A stretch of 64,000 bases of DNA from Octopus vulgaris (taxonomy: Eukaryota): positions 6,076,001 through 6,140,000 of the forward strand of contig OX597814.1 in NCBI GenBank assembly GCA_951406725.2. The letters run 5' to 3'. Shown piece after piece: positions 41,342 to 55,630 of this stretch. The notes under the pieces were generated by a model. That model had not been told where the DNA came from and made no database searches. It saw only the letters and a list, made by a program, of their open reading frames with translations. The first letter of the stretch is position 1; each line of letters opens with the position of its first letter. The translations under genes and the position numbers were made by a program.

Positions 41342-42339
41342 GTATGTATGTGAGTGTATATGTTTGTGTGTGTGTGTGTATCCGTCCCAATTGCTTAACT
41401 GATGTTGGTGTGTTTACATCCCTGTAGCTTAGCTGTTCAGCAAAAGAGACCGATAGAATAATAAGTATTAGGCTTAGAAAGCATAAGTCCTGGGGTCGAT
41501 TTGTTTGACTAAAGGCAGTGCTCCAGCATGGCCACAGTCGAATGACTCAAACAAATAAAAGAATGCCAATATTGGCTGCACGTATTCAACTCTTCTCCGT
41601 GTGAGGCTTCGATGCAGTGTTTCTTGAAGTTGTTCTTGTGATCAAAGAATTCCGTATTGACGCAATCTATTACGTTGGCTGAGGCTTAATGGGATTCCTT
41701 CTTTTGGTAGAATGTCTTTAAAAAAAAGGAAAGGAATTATTTATTCACTCTGAATGCCACAAATAAAAAAAAAAGAACCCATCAAACCCTACTTTTAACT
41801 ACAAAGGAACTGAATGTTTTTCCTCTTCTCCTCTCTCACTCTCTCTCTCTCTCTCTCTTGTACTAGAACTTTCTTCGGTAAACTTATCGCATCTTTATGG
41901 CTGAGTACAGTTTTATGTGAGGAGAGCTTCAGTAGTTTATTTTCTGTTTGGTTGTTAATATTCTTTCGGATAAAAACCCATTTCTCACAGACCCAACAGC
42001 ATAGAAGAGGCTTTGAAGTTATTTCTTAGCAAAGATGTCTTCTCTCTCTTTGAAATAATATCTAAAATAGTTCGTAAATTCTTCAGTGAAGCTGTGAAGT
42101 GTCAGTCTCTTTCACAATGTTTTAGAATGAAAGAAGCTACTGAGATACCAAATAATGGAGCAGCTGTAAACTAATTAATGTAATGAGCCAAAAATATTTA
42201 ATTAATTAAAACACTTTTATTGAGAAGAAAAATCTATTTGTTTAATAATTTTGGTGAAATTCAATGGAAACTACTCTAAATCTAAATTAATTAAAAATTG
42301 AATGAGAGCATGGAAAGGGGAATGAGTGTGACCATTAGC

Positions 42340-43000
42340 AACAGGGAAAACAATTGTCGGCATGTTTCAGTGTTATTTGGCCTCTTCAGTGAAATATAGT
42401 CAGGCACTAAATGTTGGACAGAGATAAGGATAATTAAAAGTTTGAATTAATGAACACTGGTATGTATGAAGAATTATCTTAAAAAAATAATTGGGAGATA
42501 TATATCTGAAGATTTACATCAGATATTCGTAGAATATTACAGATTTTCAAGAAGTTTTTAGCAACAATTGAAGAATTTCAAACAAATTCCAGCTTTAATA
42601 ATATATGATTCAGTCTGTAGACAGAATAAATGTTCTTTCAACAAAATCATGTTGATGCCATGATTTTGAAACAAGTTTCTTTCAAGTTAGAGACATCATC
42701 CCAAAGACATTTTTGCACAAACAGTATGATCTTGGGCCTTCAAAACAGGGTCGACTGGATTTAGCCATTGTGTATTAAAGTTTGTGGTACCTTTCTCTTT
42801 TAGACTTCAAACTTACTGTGAAAGTGAGGTTGTTTCTCTTTTCTCTGGTCGTCTAACGGAATGGGTATGCTGTATGACCGTTTCCTATCAATCTCAGCTA
42901 AGAACATCCATTGTTGTCTGCCAGCCTTACCTTTGGATAATAAACTGACTCCTTGTTTTGGTGTTTGCTGCCATAGACAGGAGTTGATGTTACCTCAAAC
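42340..43000 (-). mobile_element. Penelope-like element 3' remnant (GIY-YIG C-terminal half plus hammerhead-like motif)
   Basis: 42878-42765 reads QHTHSVRRPEKRETTSLSQ*V*SLKEKGTTNFNTQW (PLE pattern H..SFR...K...T.LS.YIW.LK...W); CTGAAGAGGCC...GAAACATG at 42361-42389. Confidence 0.6.
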
Positions 43001-44121
43001 GCTTTGGGCCAACATCAATTCATAATTGAGGATGGTTATTTGAGGGAATGTTGCTATTGATCATTCTTCTGTCTCTTCTACAGCTGTAGCAGATAGTCAG
43101 GGAGGTGAGGTCGTTAAGGATTTCCTGATTAGTGCTCTGTCATTTACTCATTAATTCAATGGATTGCCGAGTCATCTTTGATCAAACAATTGAATCTCAA
43201 TCGTTGAAACTAACACCCATTCATCCATACACCTGTGTGTGTGTGTGTGTGTATGTGTGCGTGTGTGTGTGATCTATCTACAGGTTTATGATACTCCTCT
43301 CACTTTCACTCATGCTTTGCACTACCACTTGTCACTGCTTCCCTCTTGAGAGCTACTTCAATCCCGCCTACCTTACATCTCTCCATACAAATATATATAC
43401 CACCCACCAAAACTCCATCCTCATCCAACACTCACTTCCGACACCTCTAACCGTTATTTTATCTGATAACTTTAAATACATACTCAAAGAAGTCACACAA
43501 CTCTACCACAACATATCATCAGATGAAAGGACTCATATTCTTTTACTCTTTTACTTGTTTCAGTCATTTGACTGCGGCCATGCTGGAGCACCGCCTTCAG
43601 TCGATCAAATCGACCCTGGGACTTATTCTTTTGTAAGCCCAGTACTTATTCTATCGGTCTCTTTTGCCGAACCCCTAAGTAACGGGGACGTAAACACACA
43701 GCATCGGTTGTCAAGCAATGCTAGGGGGCAAACACAGACACACAAACACATACATATATATATACATATATACAATAGGCTTCTTTCAGTTTCCGTCTAC
43801 CAAATCCACTCACAAGGCATTGGTCGGCCCGGGGCTATAGTAGAAGACACTTGCCCAAGATGCCATGCAGTGGGACTGAACCTGCAACCATGTGGTTGGT
43901 TAGCAAGCTACTTACCACACAGCCACTCCTGCGCCTATATAAACTTTATAAACAGGTTTGTCTATTTATGTGTGTCCACTTCAGGTCATGGGATTGTTGT
44001 TAGGGGTTCACAAAAGTGGTTCCTAGACTTAAAATGTAAGTCTAGGGTTTGCCAGTAGTTTTAGTTCTTTTCAGGTTTATTGGGTTTAATCCTTCGCTTT
44101 GACAGTATAAAGGTCAAAAGA

Positions 44122-44490
44122 TGTATTTCTTTACTGCCCACAAGGGGCTAAACATAGAGGGGACAAACAAGGACAGACAAAGGGATTAAGTCGATTACAT
44201 TGACCACAGTTGGAAACTGGCACTTTATTTATCGACCCCGAAAGGATGAAAGGCAAAGTCGACCTCAGGTCAAAAGAAGATGGCGAGCTGGTAGAAACAT
44301 TAGCACGGTGGGTGGAATGCTTAGTGGTAGTTCGTCTGTCTTTACGTCTGAGTTACAATTCCACCAAGGTCGACTTTGCCTTTCATCCTTTCAGGGTCGA
44401 TAAATTAAGTACGATGCGTACTGGGGTCGATCTAATCAACTGGCCTCCTCCCCCAAAAATGTCGGGCTTTGTGCCTAGAGTAGAAAAGAA
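44122..44490. mobile_element. Two SINE copies inserted head to head at one target site
   Basis: aggtcaaaag occurs three times (44111, 44267, 44496), bracketing a truncated minus copy and a plus copy. Confidence 0.8.
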
Positions 44491-46759
44491 TATAAAGGTC
44501 AAAAGTTCAAAGCTTAGACTAGTTTTTAAAAACTTAGCAATTCTTGGACTTGTCAACTTTTTTTATAATAGAATTTTTTTAAAGTTCAGAGAAGAATATA
44601 AGTAGGTGGCATATTTGGCTGGTCACCTTCTTTACTCATAGTTTTTGTTAGTTTGGGGTATTTTCTGTTTGTATTTGGAAGGTGGGGGTTGTTAGTCTGA
44701 CAGGGCATAGTGCTGTTAAAGAAATTTGTTTATTTTGTGCTTTGATGTTCACAAGATGATGTGGGTAGGAGTAAAGGTTGTTGGTTTGCATGTTCCTCTC
44801 TAGGGGTTCATTGTTCTTTAAGCAATTTGATTATTATGTAGAGATTCTAACCTTTGTGTTTTATGGAAGCAGAGTTTGTGGGTTGCGTGCTTATAACTAT
44901 TTCTTCAATTCTGTTTCAAATCTGGGTACTTTTTGATATATTATTTTAGGGCCATGTATGTATGTGAAAGAGGAGCATTATAAAAAGTGTGTCGTATACT
45001 TGTATAAAAATGTGAATAAAATTTAATTCTGAAAATTGATTTACAAATTTAAAATTTAGCAAAAATATTTTTTAAAGATATACATCATCATTTAACGTCC
45101 GTTTTCCATGCTGGCATGGGTTGGACGGTTTGGCAGGAGCTGGCAAGGCCAGGGACCACACTAGGTTCCATTGTCTATTTCGGCATGGGTTCTATGGCTG
45201 GATGCCCTTCCAAATGCCAACCACTTGACAGAGTGGGCTGAGTGCTTTTTACATGGCACCAAAAGTCAGGGGCAAAGGTGGCTTTGCACCAGTTGAGAGA
45301 TTAAAGGTAAAGAGGGGACAAGAATAGGGGTTTTGCTGGAGAGTAAATACACGGATACTCCAATTGGAAGAGAAAGGGGAGGAGCAAGCTGGAGAGTAAG
45401 ATGAAGGGAGTGGGGGTGAGTCAGAGTGTAAAATAAAGAGAGAGAGAGAGAGAGAGAGGTGGTGGTGGTGAAAATGTATTGAGACATGCCCATAAGGGAT
45501 ATTGGGTGGTGGTGAGACAGAGTGGTAATGACCATACATTATAAATATATTTAAAGTCTCAGTAATTAAATGACTGCTTTCAAATTTTGTCTGTTTTATT
45601 TGCGGTTTTCCATATTTTCTTTTTAGCTTCTTTTACAATTTGTCCTAAATTTATATTAGACATTTCCAGAGCATCACAATTTCATTTCCAAGAATTCAAT
45701 ATACTTGGCGTCTGCTTTGTTTCTTATACACTCATGAAATTCCTGTAGACTTTCTCTCCCAAACGTGTTTCCCACTGATAGACTCCGACGGTCATCTGTT
45801 GATTTGTTGTGCTGCAAGTTTCTACCGAGAGACAGCCACATGTTACTTTTTTTGTGTGTCTCGTTTATTTATTTTGGAAGTGTGTTGTGACATTAGTGTG
45901 GCAGACATACCAAGTTTGTTTTTAGGTTTAGTTAGAATAAAAACCAATTTTACATTAAACTGAAGGATTATTCAATGCTTTTTGTAGAGATACATTTTTA
46001 GTATTCTGTTGTGTCTGAGGAGAGTCCTTCCCTTCTAATGCTGCCTTACACCAGCGTCGCCTTACTGGCACTTGTGCCCGTACTAGTAGGATGCCAAGAG
46101 CACCACCCGAGCGTGATCGTTGCCAGAGCAGCCAACTGGCTTCCGTGACAGTGGCATGTAAAAGGGCACCATTCGAGCGTGATTGTTACCAATGTCGCCT
46201 TACTGGCACCTGTGCCGGTGGCGTGTGTAAAAAGATTCGAGTGAGGTCATTGCCAGTACTGCCCCCTGTGCTGGTGGCACGTAAAAAGTACCCACTACAC
46301 TCTCGGAGTGGTTGGCGTTTGGAAGGGCATCCAGCTGTAGAAACTCTGCCAGATCAAGATTGGAGCCTGGTGCAGCCATCTGGTTCGCCAGACCTCAGTG
46401 AAAATCGTCCAACCCATGCTAGCATGGAAAGCGGACATTAAACGATGATGATGATGAATTGAACACACTCACCAGTAAAGTTTCTACTCCTTCACTTATT
46501 TATTTTTCTAAAATTTTTGTCGTGTCTTGCATCCTTTTCAATAGCTGTTGACTGTGTGTTAAATTATAAGGCACCAAAAGAAAATGACTCTCCCCAGACA
46601 CAACAGAATATGCTTCAACACACAAACTCACATAAAGAATCTTGCAAACCAAATCCAAAATCGAAATTTTTAGTATTCTTTTACAAGAATATATTTGTTA
46701 TTCTTGTAAAAGAATTATATACACCGTGTAAGTGAAAAGAAGAGACACCAAAGTTTTCT

Positions 46760-49700
46760 TTTGGATTGTAATTAACCTTTATTTCACATTACAACAAATA
46801 GGCTTTAAAATAAAATAGAAAACATACAACAAAATATTTTGATAAACAGAAATATTAAACTGAACCGTCTCAGTTGCATTGAAGAACTAGGTTTGGAATA
46901 TCAATTTAGAAATTAACAATTCTTTGACTAAATATTGTGAATAATTTTGTGCAATTTTCAATAAATAGATTTGAATTATAAATAAAAGATAAAGAATAAA
47001 AAATGAATATTAAAAAAAAAAACATGACAAAAAAGACTGCAACAACTGTTTAATTGTTTTAAGGATCTTTTAACGAAATACTGATTAGAAATAGAGCAAA
47101 AACCGTGTGGTTGAGGGTGAGTTGCCAGTTCTGCTCCCAAGTAACCTGGGAGAAGATTTCACGGTTGAAGTGAGCTGAGATTCACAACAATTTCTAGAAA
47201 TCACATCCACTACGAAACAGGGTGTAGTTTATAGAAATGACACCCGAAATCAATGTATTGACATGTAGTACCTGGGTGTGTTTGACAGCTCTACTATGTT
47301 TTATAACAACAACAATAATATTTATGGAATAACACACTGAAAGACAGAATATTTCATTTTGTCGCGACAAACAAAAATTTAATGGAAATTAACAAAAATT
47401 TTTTATAAAGCCTTAATGCAAACTATCAACTATGAAAGTGTATATGAACACTTTATGGTTGTTTGTGTGTGTATAACACAATACATAGGTATATATGCAG
47501 GGCACTGCACTTATGCATGTACTTGTGTGTATGACACTGCACACCTGTATGTGTGTGTATGGCACTACATATGTATGCATGTCAGTGTACACATGTAGGA
47601 CACACTCCACATGTATGTGCAGGTCACAGAACCTCTGAATGTGGGGTCGAAATAGCTTCTATGAACTAAATCTAAAATGTAAACAGTGAAGGCAATAGAG
47701 AAGCTGAGAGTGCAGTGGTTTACCTTGACAAACAAAATGTTTACCTTGACAAACTAGAAAATATTTGTCACTTAAATATGCTGACTCTTTTGTGTTCCAC
47801 CCATATATTTATTGCTCTTTAAATTCATCTTTATGCTTCTATATAGCCACATATCTTTATACACACACACACCTGCATATAAATACATCTGTCCCCAGAA
47901 AATGTCTGTTAAACTGAGAAAAGATTTAAGAAAAAATCCTATTGATTTTTTTCTTCATCTCAGTCCTTCTGCCCCATCATCAGTAAGATGTCTTCTCTTT
48001 CCCCTTACAGTAGACTTGTTGGATATTTCAGACCAAATCTTAAAATGCGAGAATCTAATGACACCAGTGATTGCTAATCAGATGTCACAAGTCAAAAAGC
48101 TCTATTTCAATACAGCAACAATGTTTTTACAAAACTCTTTAGACTTCTAATAGAGGGATTCCATGTGCATGGAACTGGACAAGGGAAACCAATATCAAAT
48201 ATTGCCCAAAGAGCCAAAATACTCTTTGTTTTCAGTGAAAGGCAATCGATCTTAGCGAACCATTAGAGAAGAATATTTAAAATATGAAATTTTATGAATA
48301 AATAATTTAGGTTAAGAATTCCTCTTCTAAAATAGTTGAAACAGTTCTTACCAAAAAAAAAAAAAAAAGTCCCCCCCCACCCGTTTCACCCCATATTGAA
48401 TAAATATAAAAAAATTTTGAGAAATAGTCTTAGAATAAGTTGTCAGTCAAGTTAGAAATGGAAAATGTTGATTGTAGCATAATTTTATTATTCTTGTAAA
48501 TAAAGAGAAACACTTAATGTCATAAATGGAGTTAATTTGGTTTTGTTTTCAAGAAGAAAATTGGAGAAAGTAGACAGCTGTTAAAATAGTCTTTGAAATA
48601 GATTCCATAATTTTTGATGTAGTGAAACTGATTTCGAGAAGTGACCAAGACAAGTCTCTGTCATTTCAGGGATCTAAATTCCCCCCCCCTTCCTTTGACT
48701 GGGGTTTGCAAAATAAAACTAAATTAAACTAAAACAGCAAACAAGAATTTATAATTAGCAGAAATAATATCTGAAAAAAAAAAAAAAAAAACCAGGTATT
48801 TTATAGCAGCTGTCAAAGAAAAGTTAATACAAATGAGGTACCATTAGGAGTAAAGCTCTACTCGCAGGAAGTTTACAAGACATAATCAAGGTACCATTGT
48901 TCATTACTACAATAGAGCATCTCAGAGCAGAAGTAGACATGAATTATTTAGAAAAGTGCGTAGTTGACTGTGTCCAGTACCTTAGAGAAAAATGAAGTCA
49001 TTGGAATAAGAATTCTAGAATCAATATTTTCCATATTTTTCATGACTGAAAATGAAGAATTTAGTTTCACAATATTAATGATTTGGACGGGATAGAATAG
49101 ATGTAAATCTATAAACACACAAGATACCTGTGTGTTTGTGTGTAGATAGAGATATACACACACACGTGTGTATGTATATATATCTATATATCCACATTTG
49201 TGTGTATATATATATATATATAAAAGAATATACACTTTTCTATCTGTATCCACACACACACACAAACATCTGATTTTACTTTTACACTTTAGATTTAGTT
49301 AAAAAGTTTATCAAGAGATGAACAATAAATTAATTTGAAACAGAAGCGTGATGCGAAGGGACAGTTTTCAGCATAATTTATTTTGGAGAACAAAAAAAAA
49401 AAAAAAAAAAAAAAACGAATGCAAAATAAATATTTATAGAAAACTTTTTCTGATGAATCAAAAACATCAATGAATAGATTTTGTTTATATTTTATTGCAC
49501 TTGATAACATTTAGAAACTCTTGTACAATAATAAAGAGATATATGCTCCACAAAACTGCAGTATTTGTTGTCTCTAGTTTAGCACAGAGAAAACCCAAGC
49601 ATCCATTATTTTCTGCAAGTGATAGGATAAAACAGTTGTGTACATCAATAGCTTTACTGCAATAACAGAGAAATCATTTAAATTATTGATAAACAGAAAC

Positions 49701-52700
49701 TAAATTTACAAATCAAGTGTTTAATCATTTATGTTTTGGTATTTTTCTCATCGAAATATTTTCTCATCTGTCTAGTGAAGAATATTATTAATGCTATTGA
49801 CGGCAACCATAAAAGACGACAGGGGAAAAATACTTGCTAATTTGTTGCTTTTCTTTCATAGGGAATGGACTGCCATTGCTCGACTGTATTTCATTAGGAT
49901 GAAAAACTATTTGCAGTTGGTCTCTTTGCAAGTTAGGTTTAGCATAAATAAATATATGGAGACGATGGGTGGGGTTTAAAATATCTTAATATAGCTTGGA
50001 TGTTGTTTTGCAATTTTTTTTTTTTTTTTTTGCTAAACATGCTCTCATGAAATAAATCTTATTTTGTTGTGTGTTACGAAAACTAAAAATAATTTCCTAT
50101 ATTCCTAAGCATGAAATATTTGCGTACTTTAAAAACTGATTTCAAGAAAAACTAAGCGAAAAAGTGAAACCTTTCTTTATATAAATTTAAAAATTATATT
50201 TTAAAGACAATAACTGTAACTAAATAAAAAAATAAACAATAATTCTAGTTTGGGACAATGAAAATATCGGCCCTTTGTAGCAGATTTTAATTTATTATAT
50301 TTTGTATAATATTAAAATGTTATATCTGTGTGTGTGTGTGTGTGTGTGATAAATCATGTGTAAAGTAGAGAGAATTGGGTATTCTAATGATAAAACAAAA
50401 CCAAAGAGTTTCTAAAAGAACAAATGTCTAATGCTGCATGTGTGAGCAATTTTGAAAAGGTGTTTAATACCTTGACAATGTCTGCTAATAGTTTTGTCAG
50501 AAGAAAAGACAAAAAGAAAATCTTATAATAACCAAAATAGACCCCAGCACCAATTGTGACATAACAGGGTCTTCTTCTAACAACTTCAACAGTAGTAATT
50601 TTTACATCATACGTGTGTGTGCGTGTGTGTGTGTGACAGAAACGGTCATTACTTTTCTGCTCTTGTATAAACAGACACAATTTTTAATGGAATTTGGATG
50701 CAGTTATTCTGAAAGACATCATTTGTTTGAATGTGAATTGTTCATGAAACTTCTGTTTGAGGCTATAATTTAGGGCTGTTTCCCCCACCATTCCCGATTA
50801 TTCAAATAACTTTTTAAGTACCATTGTCTTCCCCCACAGATTATAAAATTTGTTCTATTGAATAAACCCCAGATTTGATCCATACATGATCCACGACCAC
50901 TCTAACCCACAACAACAAATTTTAAAAGAAAATTACTAAAAATCTCAAACTGCTGCCAACCCCCTCCTCCTATTCCGTTCTTGATTTGCTTTCAAACTTT
51001 AAAGAAATACACCCAAAAGTACTTCCTGTCTTTAAGCAACAAACTTTTACTCTAAAACCATTTCTAAAGCATTCTGGGATATTACCGAGGTCTCTTACAG
51101 CATTGATAAATTCATCTGATGCCATAAAATAAAGATGAACTTCTTACACTAACATTCCATTTATGTTCATACATGTAAAGGTCTTCTATATATTGTGTGT
51201 GTGTGTGTGTGTGTAATTAGTAAGTTCAAAGTTGATTGTCATGAGATAACGAGGTAAAGACATGAATAAAGAGAAGCAGGGACTTAATTAACTTGTGAAA
51301 GAAGAAGAATCTCGAGACAAACTAAAGTCATATGGAATGTTAGCAAGAAGGCTCCAAATGAACCGGAGTAATTATTAGGTTTGTTTGCATGGACCCAGGA
51401 GCTAATATTAGTGACTCAAAGTTCAGTGGGGCAGGTCTGTATTATTATTATTACTACTACTACTACTTACATTAAGAATATAAAGAATTGAACATAATCA
51501 AAATGGCCCAAATTGGCAAATAATAAAAAGTGGGTAAAGCCATTGGCTTCTGAAAAATATTGTTAAAATAAGAACATTTTTGGAATGAAGAATCTTTTGG
51601 AAAAATGAACACCAAACTGAATTTGCTTTTTACTGATTTTTTTGTCTTCCTAAGTCTGAGTAAATTTATCTGATTAGAGGCAAGATTCAGTTCCTTAATT
51701 TCTAAGAAAATTAAAGTTTTAAAACTTCCAATGTTTATATTTAACAAATGACATCTAAATGAAATGTAAGGCTGCAATAATTATCCAATTAGCAGACAAC
51801 AATCGTATTTCAATAACTGGCCGTATATGAATGAGGTGAGAATTGCGAAAGAGGAGATCAGGTACCACTGGCAATGCCAACAGGGCTGCCGCCAACGTAT
51901 CATTGGCACATCAATATTATAGAATTGATCTGCTGGAATTGAATGGAATACAACATTGGTTTTGGAAATAATTCCACTTTTGAATATTTCAGTCTCATAT
52001 CCAAGACACTCAGATTATTATTATTATTATTTTTCTTCTTCTTTTCTTTCAGAAGTGGCTCCAGTTTGAAGCTTAATATACAACAAATCAAGCGTAGAAG
52101 AGGATGGAGGTTTCTTTCATAATTACGGGGAACATTTTGGGGAGTTTAATAGGACATAACAATGAGAAATGGGGGTGGGTGGGAGGGCAACGTGAGGCCA
52201 GAAGTGAATGTTGTCTGCATGACGTCAACAATCGGATGATGATGACGTTGATGACACAAGCCTCACCTTTTTTGGTTTATACTGACTATGTAGAATTTAC
52301 TTCTTTCTACCAGTTATAACAACAAAAATAAATTCACTGGTGATCATATCACAGTACTATGAGTGCTATACATTAACAGTTGGAGGTTTATATATATATA
52401 TATATATATATATAAAGATATTTTATCATGGCTATTACACTTGCCAACAGTAAGCTAAGAGGAGGGGGAGTTAATTATAAGAAGAAGCAGGAGGAACAGA
52501 AGACCCAGTGTCCACCTGAGAAGCATGATTTACTAAACACTGCTTAAAAGCTATTGGAGGGAAAAAGAGAAAGAAAGAAACAAAAAGAAAGTGGAGGAGG
52601 AGGAGGAGGTGGGGTAGATGTTTAGATTAATTGGGGTGCAATAATTGTTTTGCACTCACCCAATCTGTGGTTGGCACTACTATTTAATTAATGGTTTTTA

Positions 52701-52824
52701 TCATTTGGGGTGTCGTTTAGTTTGTTTGGCAGTGAAATTCTACCAGAACATTCTGTCTCGTTTAACACCACAAAACCACCATCGTTATTTGTTGTGTGTT
52801 TTGGCGCTGAGCTCAACGATGTTT
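46760..52824 (-). other. Putative long (~6 kb) 3' UTR of the CDS gene
   Basis: No recognisable SINE, LINE or MITE copy between ~46.7 and 53.0 kb, against roughly one per kb elsewhere; U-rich on the sense strand; ends at a minus-strand AATAAA followed by a GU/U-rich tract. Confidence 0.6.
46778..46783 (-). promoter_or_regulatory. Candidate distal polyadenylation signal of CDS
   Basis: tttatt on + (AATAAA on -), ~25 nt upstream of tttggtgtctcttcttttc, right at the edge of the repeat-free block. Confidence 0.5.
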
Positions 52825-52957
52825 CTACAACATAGAGTCGGTTGCATTGATCAGGTTGCCTTCCATGAGCGTCTTGTGCAACAGGTTGTACACGTGCAGT
52901 TGTTCGTCTGGTTTAAGCATCAGAATGTTTTGAAGAATCTTCTGTGGGTTATGGAGC
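52825..52957 (-). CDS. CDS: CDP-diacylglycerol synthase terminal coding exon
   Basis: cctatttcag acceptor; phase 2 start completes the Arg codon; (R)LHNPQKILQNILMLKPDEQLHVYNLLHKTLMEGNLINATDSML then TAG at 52825-52827; resembles the vertebrate CDS C-terminus (NP.K..QQ.L.L.P.QQL). Confidence 0.93.
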
Positions 52958-53987
52958 CTGAAATAGGAGAAGAGAAACAATTAATGGTAGATTCTACAGA
53001 CACACACACAAATGGTTCTCTAATGTAGTCAAACGACCTGCTAGAAATAGTAGCCAAGTACCCCTTTAACCACATCTATTAAGAAAAGGGAACCTGAGAT
53101 AATAGTTTTGGTTGCATTGACCGAAAATACAAGACATAGTGGAGGTTGGAATAATTCAACCGTAACCGCAGCCATCCCCAAACTGTACAACAACACAGTT
53201 GTGGGGAATATAATAAAGATAGTGGCTGTGTGGTAAGTAGCTTGATTACCAACCAGATGGTTCTGGGTTCAGTCCCACTGCATGGCACCTTGGGCAAGTG
53301 TCTTCTACTATAGCCTCGGGCCGACCAAAGCCTTGTGAGTGGATTTGGTAGATGGAAACTGAAAGAAGCCCATCGTATATGTATATATATATACGTGTGT
53401 GTGTGTGTGTGTGTCTGTGTTTGTTTCCCCCCCCCCCAAAAAAAAAACATCGCTTGACAACCGATGCTGGTGTGTTTACGTCCCCGTAACTTAGCGGTTC
53501 GGCAAAAGGCACCGATACAATAAGTACTAGGCTTACAAAGAATAAGCCCTGGGGTCGATTTGCTCGACTAAAGGGTGGTGCTCCAGCATGGCCACAGTCA
53601 AATGACTGAAACAAGTAAAAGAATATAAAAATAACAACATTACTACTAATAATAACAATGATGTTGATGGACGACTCTACCCTCGAATACAACAAACGAG
53701 CATTCAGCTTCTGCTGAGCGACCTCCACAGAGGATTTCGTTTAGAGTGGTCAAGTGCTTGGGCCACACAGAAGCTCACTCTCGCCTTCAAGTCAATGTTG
53801 TTTGAACAGGTGCACACTGTGCCATGCGTCAGGTGTCAAAGTGATCGCAGAGCAATGTGGAATGAAGTGTTCTGCTCAAGAACACAAGGCACCGCTCGGT
53901 CTAGGAATTGAACCCACGAACTCACGATTGTGAGTGCAACACCGTAACCACTGGGCCATGTGCCACCCTCATAATAATAATGGTTTC

Positions 53988-54377
53988 GTGGAGGCGCAAT
54001 GGCCCAGTGGTTAGAGCAGCGGACTCGCGGTCATAGGATCGCGGTTTCAATTCCCAGACCGGGCGTTGTGTGTGTTTATTGAGCGAAAACACCTAAAAGC
54101 TCCACGAGGCTCCGGCAGGGGATGGTGGTGATCCCTGCTGTACTCTTTCACCACAACTTTCTCTCACTCTTACTTCCTGTTTCTGTTGTACTTGTATTTC
54201 AAGAGGCCGGCCTTGTCACTCTCTGTGTCACGCTGAATATCCCCGAGAACTGCGTTAAGGGTACACGTGTCTGTGGAGTGCTCAGCCACTTGCACATTAA
54301 TTTCACGAGCAGGCTGTTCCGTTGATTCGGATCAACCGGAACCCTTGTCGTCGTAACCGACGGAGTGCTTCCACACC
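53988..54377 (+). mobile_element. Young tRNA-derived SINE with 12 bp TSD
   Basis: A-box tggcccagtgg, B-box-like gtttcaattcc; TSD aataatggtttc (53976-53987 and 54378-54389). Confidence 0.92.
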
Positions 54378-55307
54378 AATAATGGTTTCAAATTTTGGCT
54401 CAAGGCCAGCAATTTTGGAGGAGGGGGTAAGTTGATTACATCAACCTCAATATGCAACTGGTACTTGATTTACTGACACCTAAAGGATGAAAGGCAAAGT
54501 TGACCTTGGTGGAATTTGAACTTGGAATGTAAAGACAGAAGAATGGTCACTAAGCCATTTGCCTGCCTTGCTGACAATTCTACCAGCTCACTTCCTTTAT
54601 TATTCCCCACAATAATGATAACATTGTTGTGGCGAGTAAAAAAGAAAGAACATGTATGATAATTGACATGGCAAGCCCCAATGACAACAGGATCAAAGAG
54701 AAAGAAGAAGAAGAAATAAACAACTATGACGATTTAAAGTGGGAAATACGATGAGTGTGGTCAATGAAGAGAGTAGACGTGATCATCATCATCATCGTTT
54801 AACGTCCGTTCTCCATGCTAGCATGGGTTGGACGGTTCGACTGGGGATCTGGGAAGCCAGAAGGCTGCATCAGGCCCAGTCTTATCTGGCAATGTTTCTA
54901 CAGCTGGATGCCCTTCCTAACGCCAACCACTCCGTGAGTGTAGTGGGTGCTTTTTACATGCCACCCGCACAGGTGCTAGGCGAGGCTGGCACGGTCAGAT
55001 TGGTGTTTTTTACGTGCCACCGGCACGGAAGCCAGTCGAGGCGGCACTGGCATCGGCCACGATTCGGATAGTACTTTTTATGTACCACCAGTCCAGTGAT
55101 ACCAATAGGAATTGGTGTACTTGGAAGTATCAGCACTCAACTACTAACATGACTGAAAAAGATTGGTACAAGTGTGAAGGTAGGACACCTACAAAAATCA
55201 GCACAGATTAGATGTGCAAGAATTCTTCACAGGGTTCTTGAAGCATGACCAGTAAACAAGTGTCTCCTTAGTCTGCTGGTTGTGGACAGCTGACACTTTC
55301 CAGCAAA

Positions 55308-55355
<48 letters not shown>

Positions 55356-55630
55356 CCTTTCTACTAAAGGCACAAGGCCTGAAATTTGGGGGAGGAGACT
55401 AGTTGATTACACTGACCCCAGTGTTTCACTGGTACTAAATTTATCACCCTCCCCCCCAGGATGAAAGGCAAAGTCAACCTCAGCAGAATTTGAACCTGGA
55501 ATGTAAAGACAGACGTAATGCCACTAAGCGTTTTGCCCAGCGTGTTAACGGTTCTGCCAGTTTGCTGCCTTGGGTGAGAGTAGTGTAGCATGGTCAGGTT
55601 AGGCCCTTGACAAGTGAAAAGTTCTTAATG

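Noticed and set aside
43288-44058. 256 aa ORF with a signal-peptide-like start
   Set aside because: Most of it reads through an antisense SINE; no domain and no splice support
52645-53028. 127 aa plus-strand ORF
   Set aside because: Antisense shadow of the CDS terminal exon
53988-54065. tRNA gene
   Set aside because: The tRNA-like head continues into a SINE body with TSDs and has multiple copies
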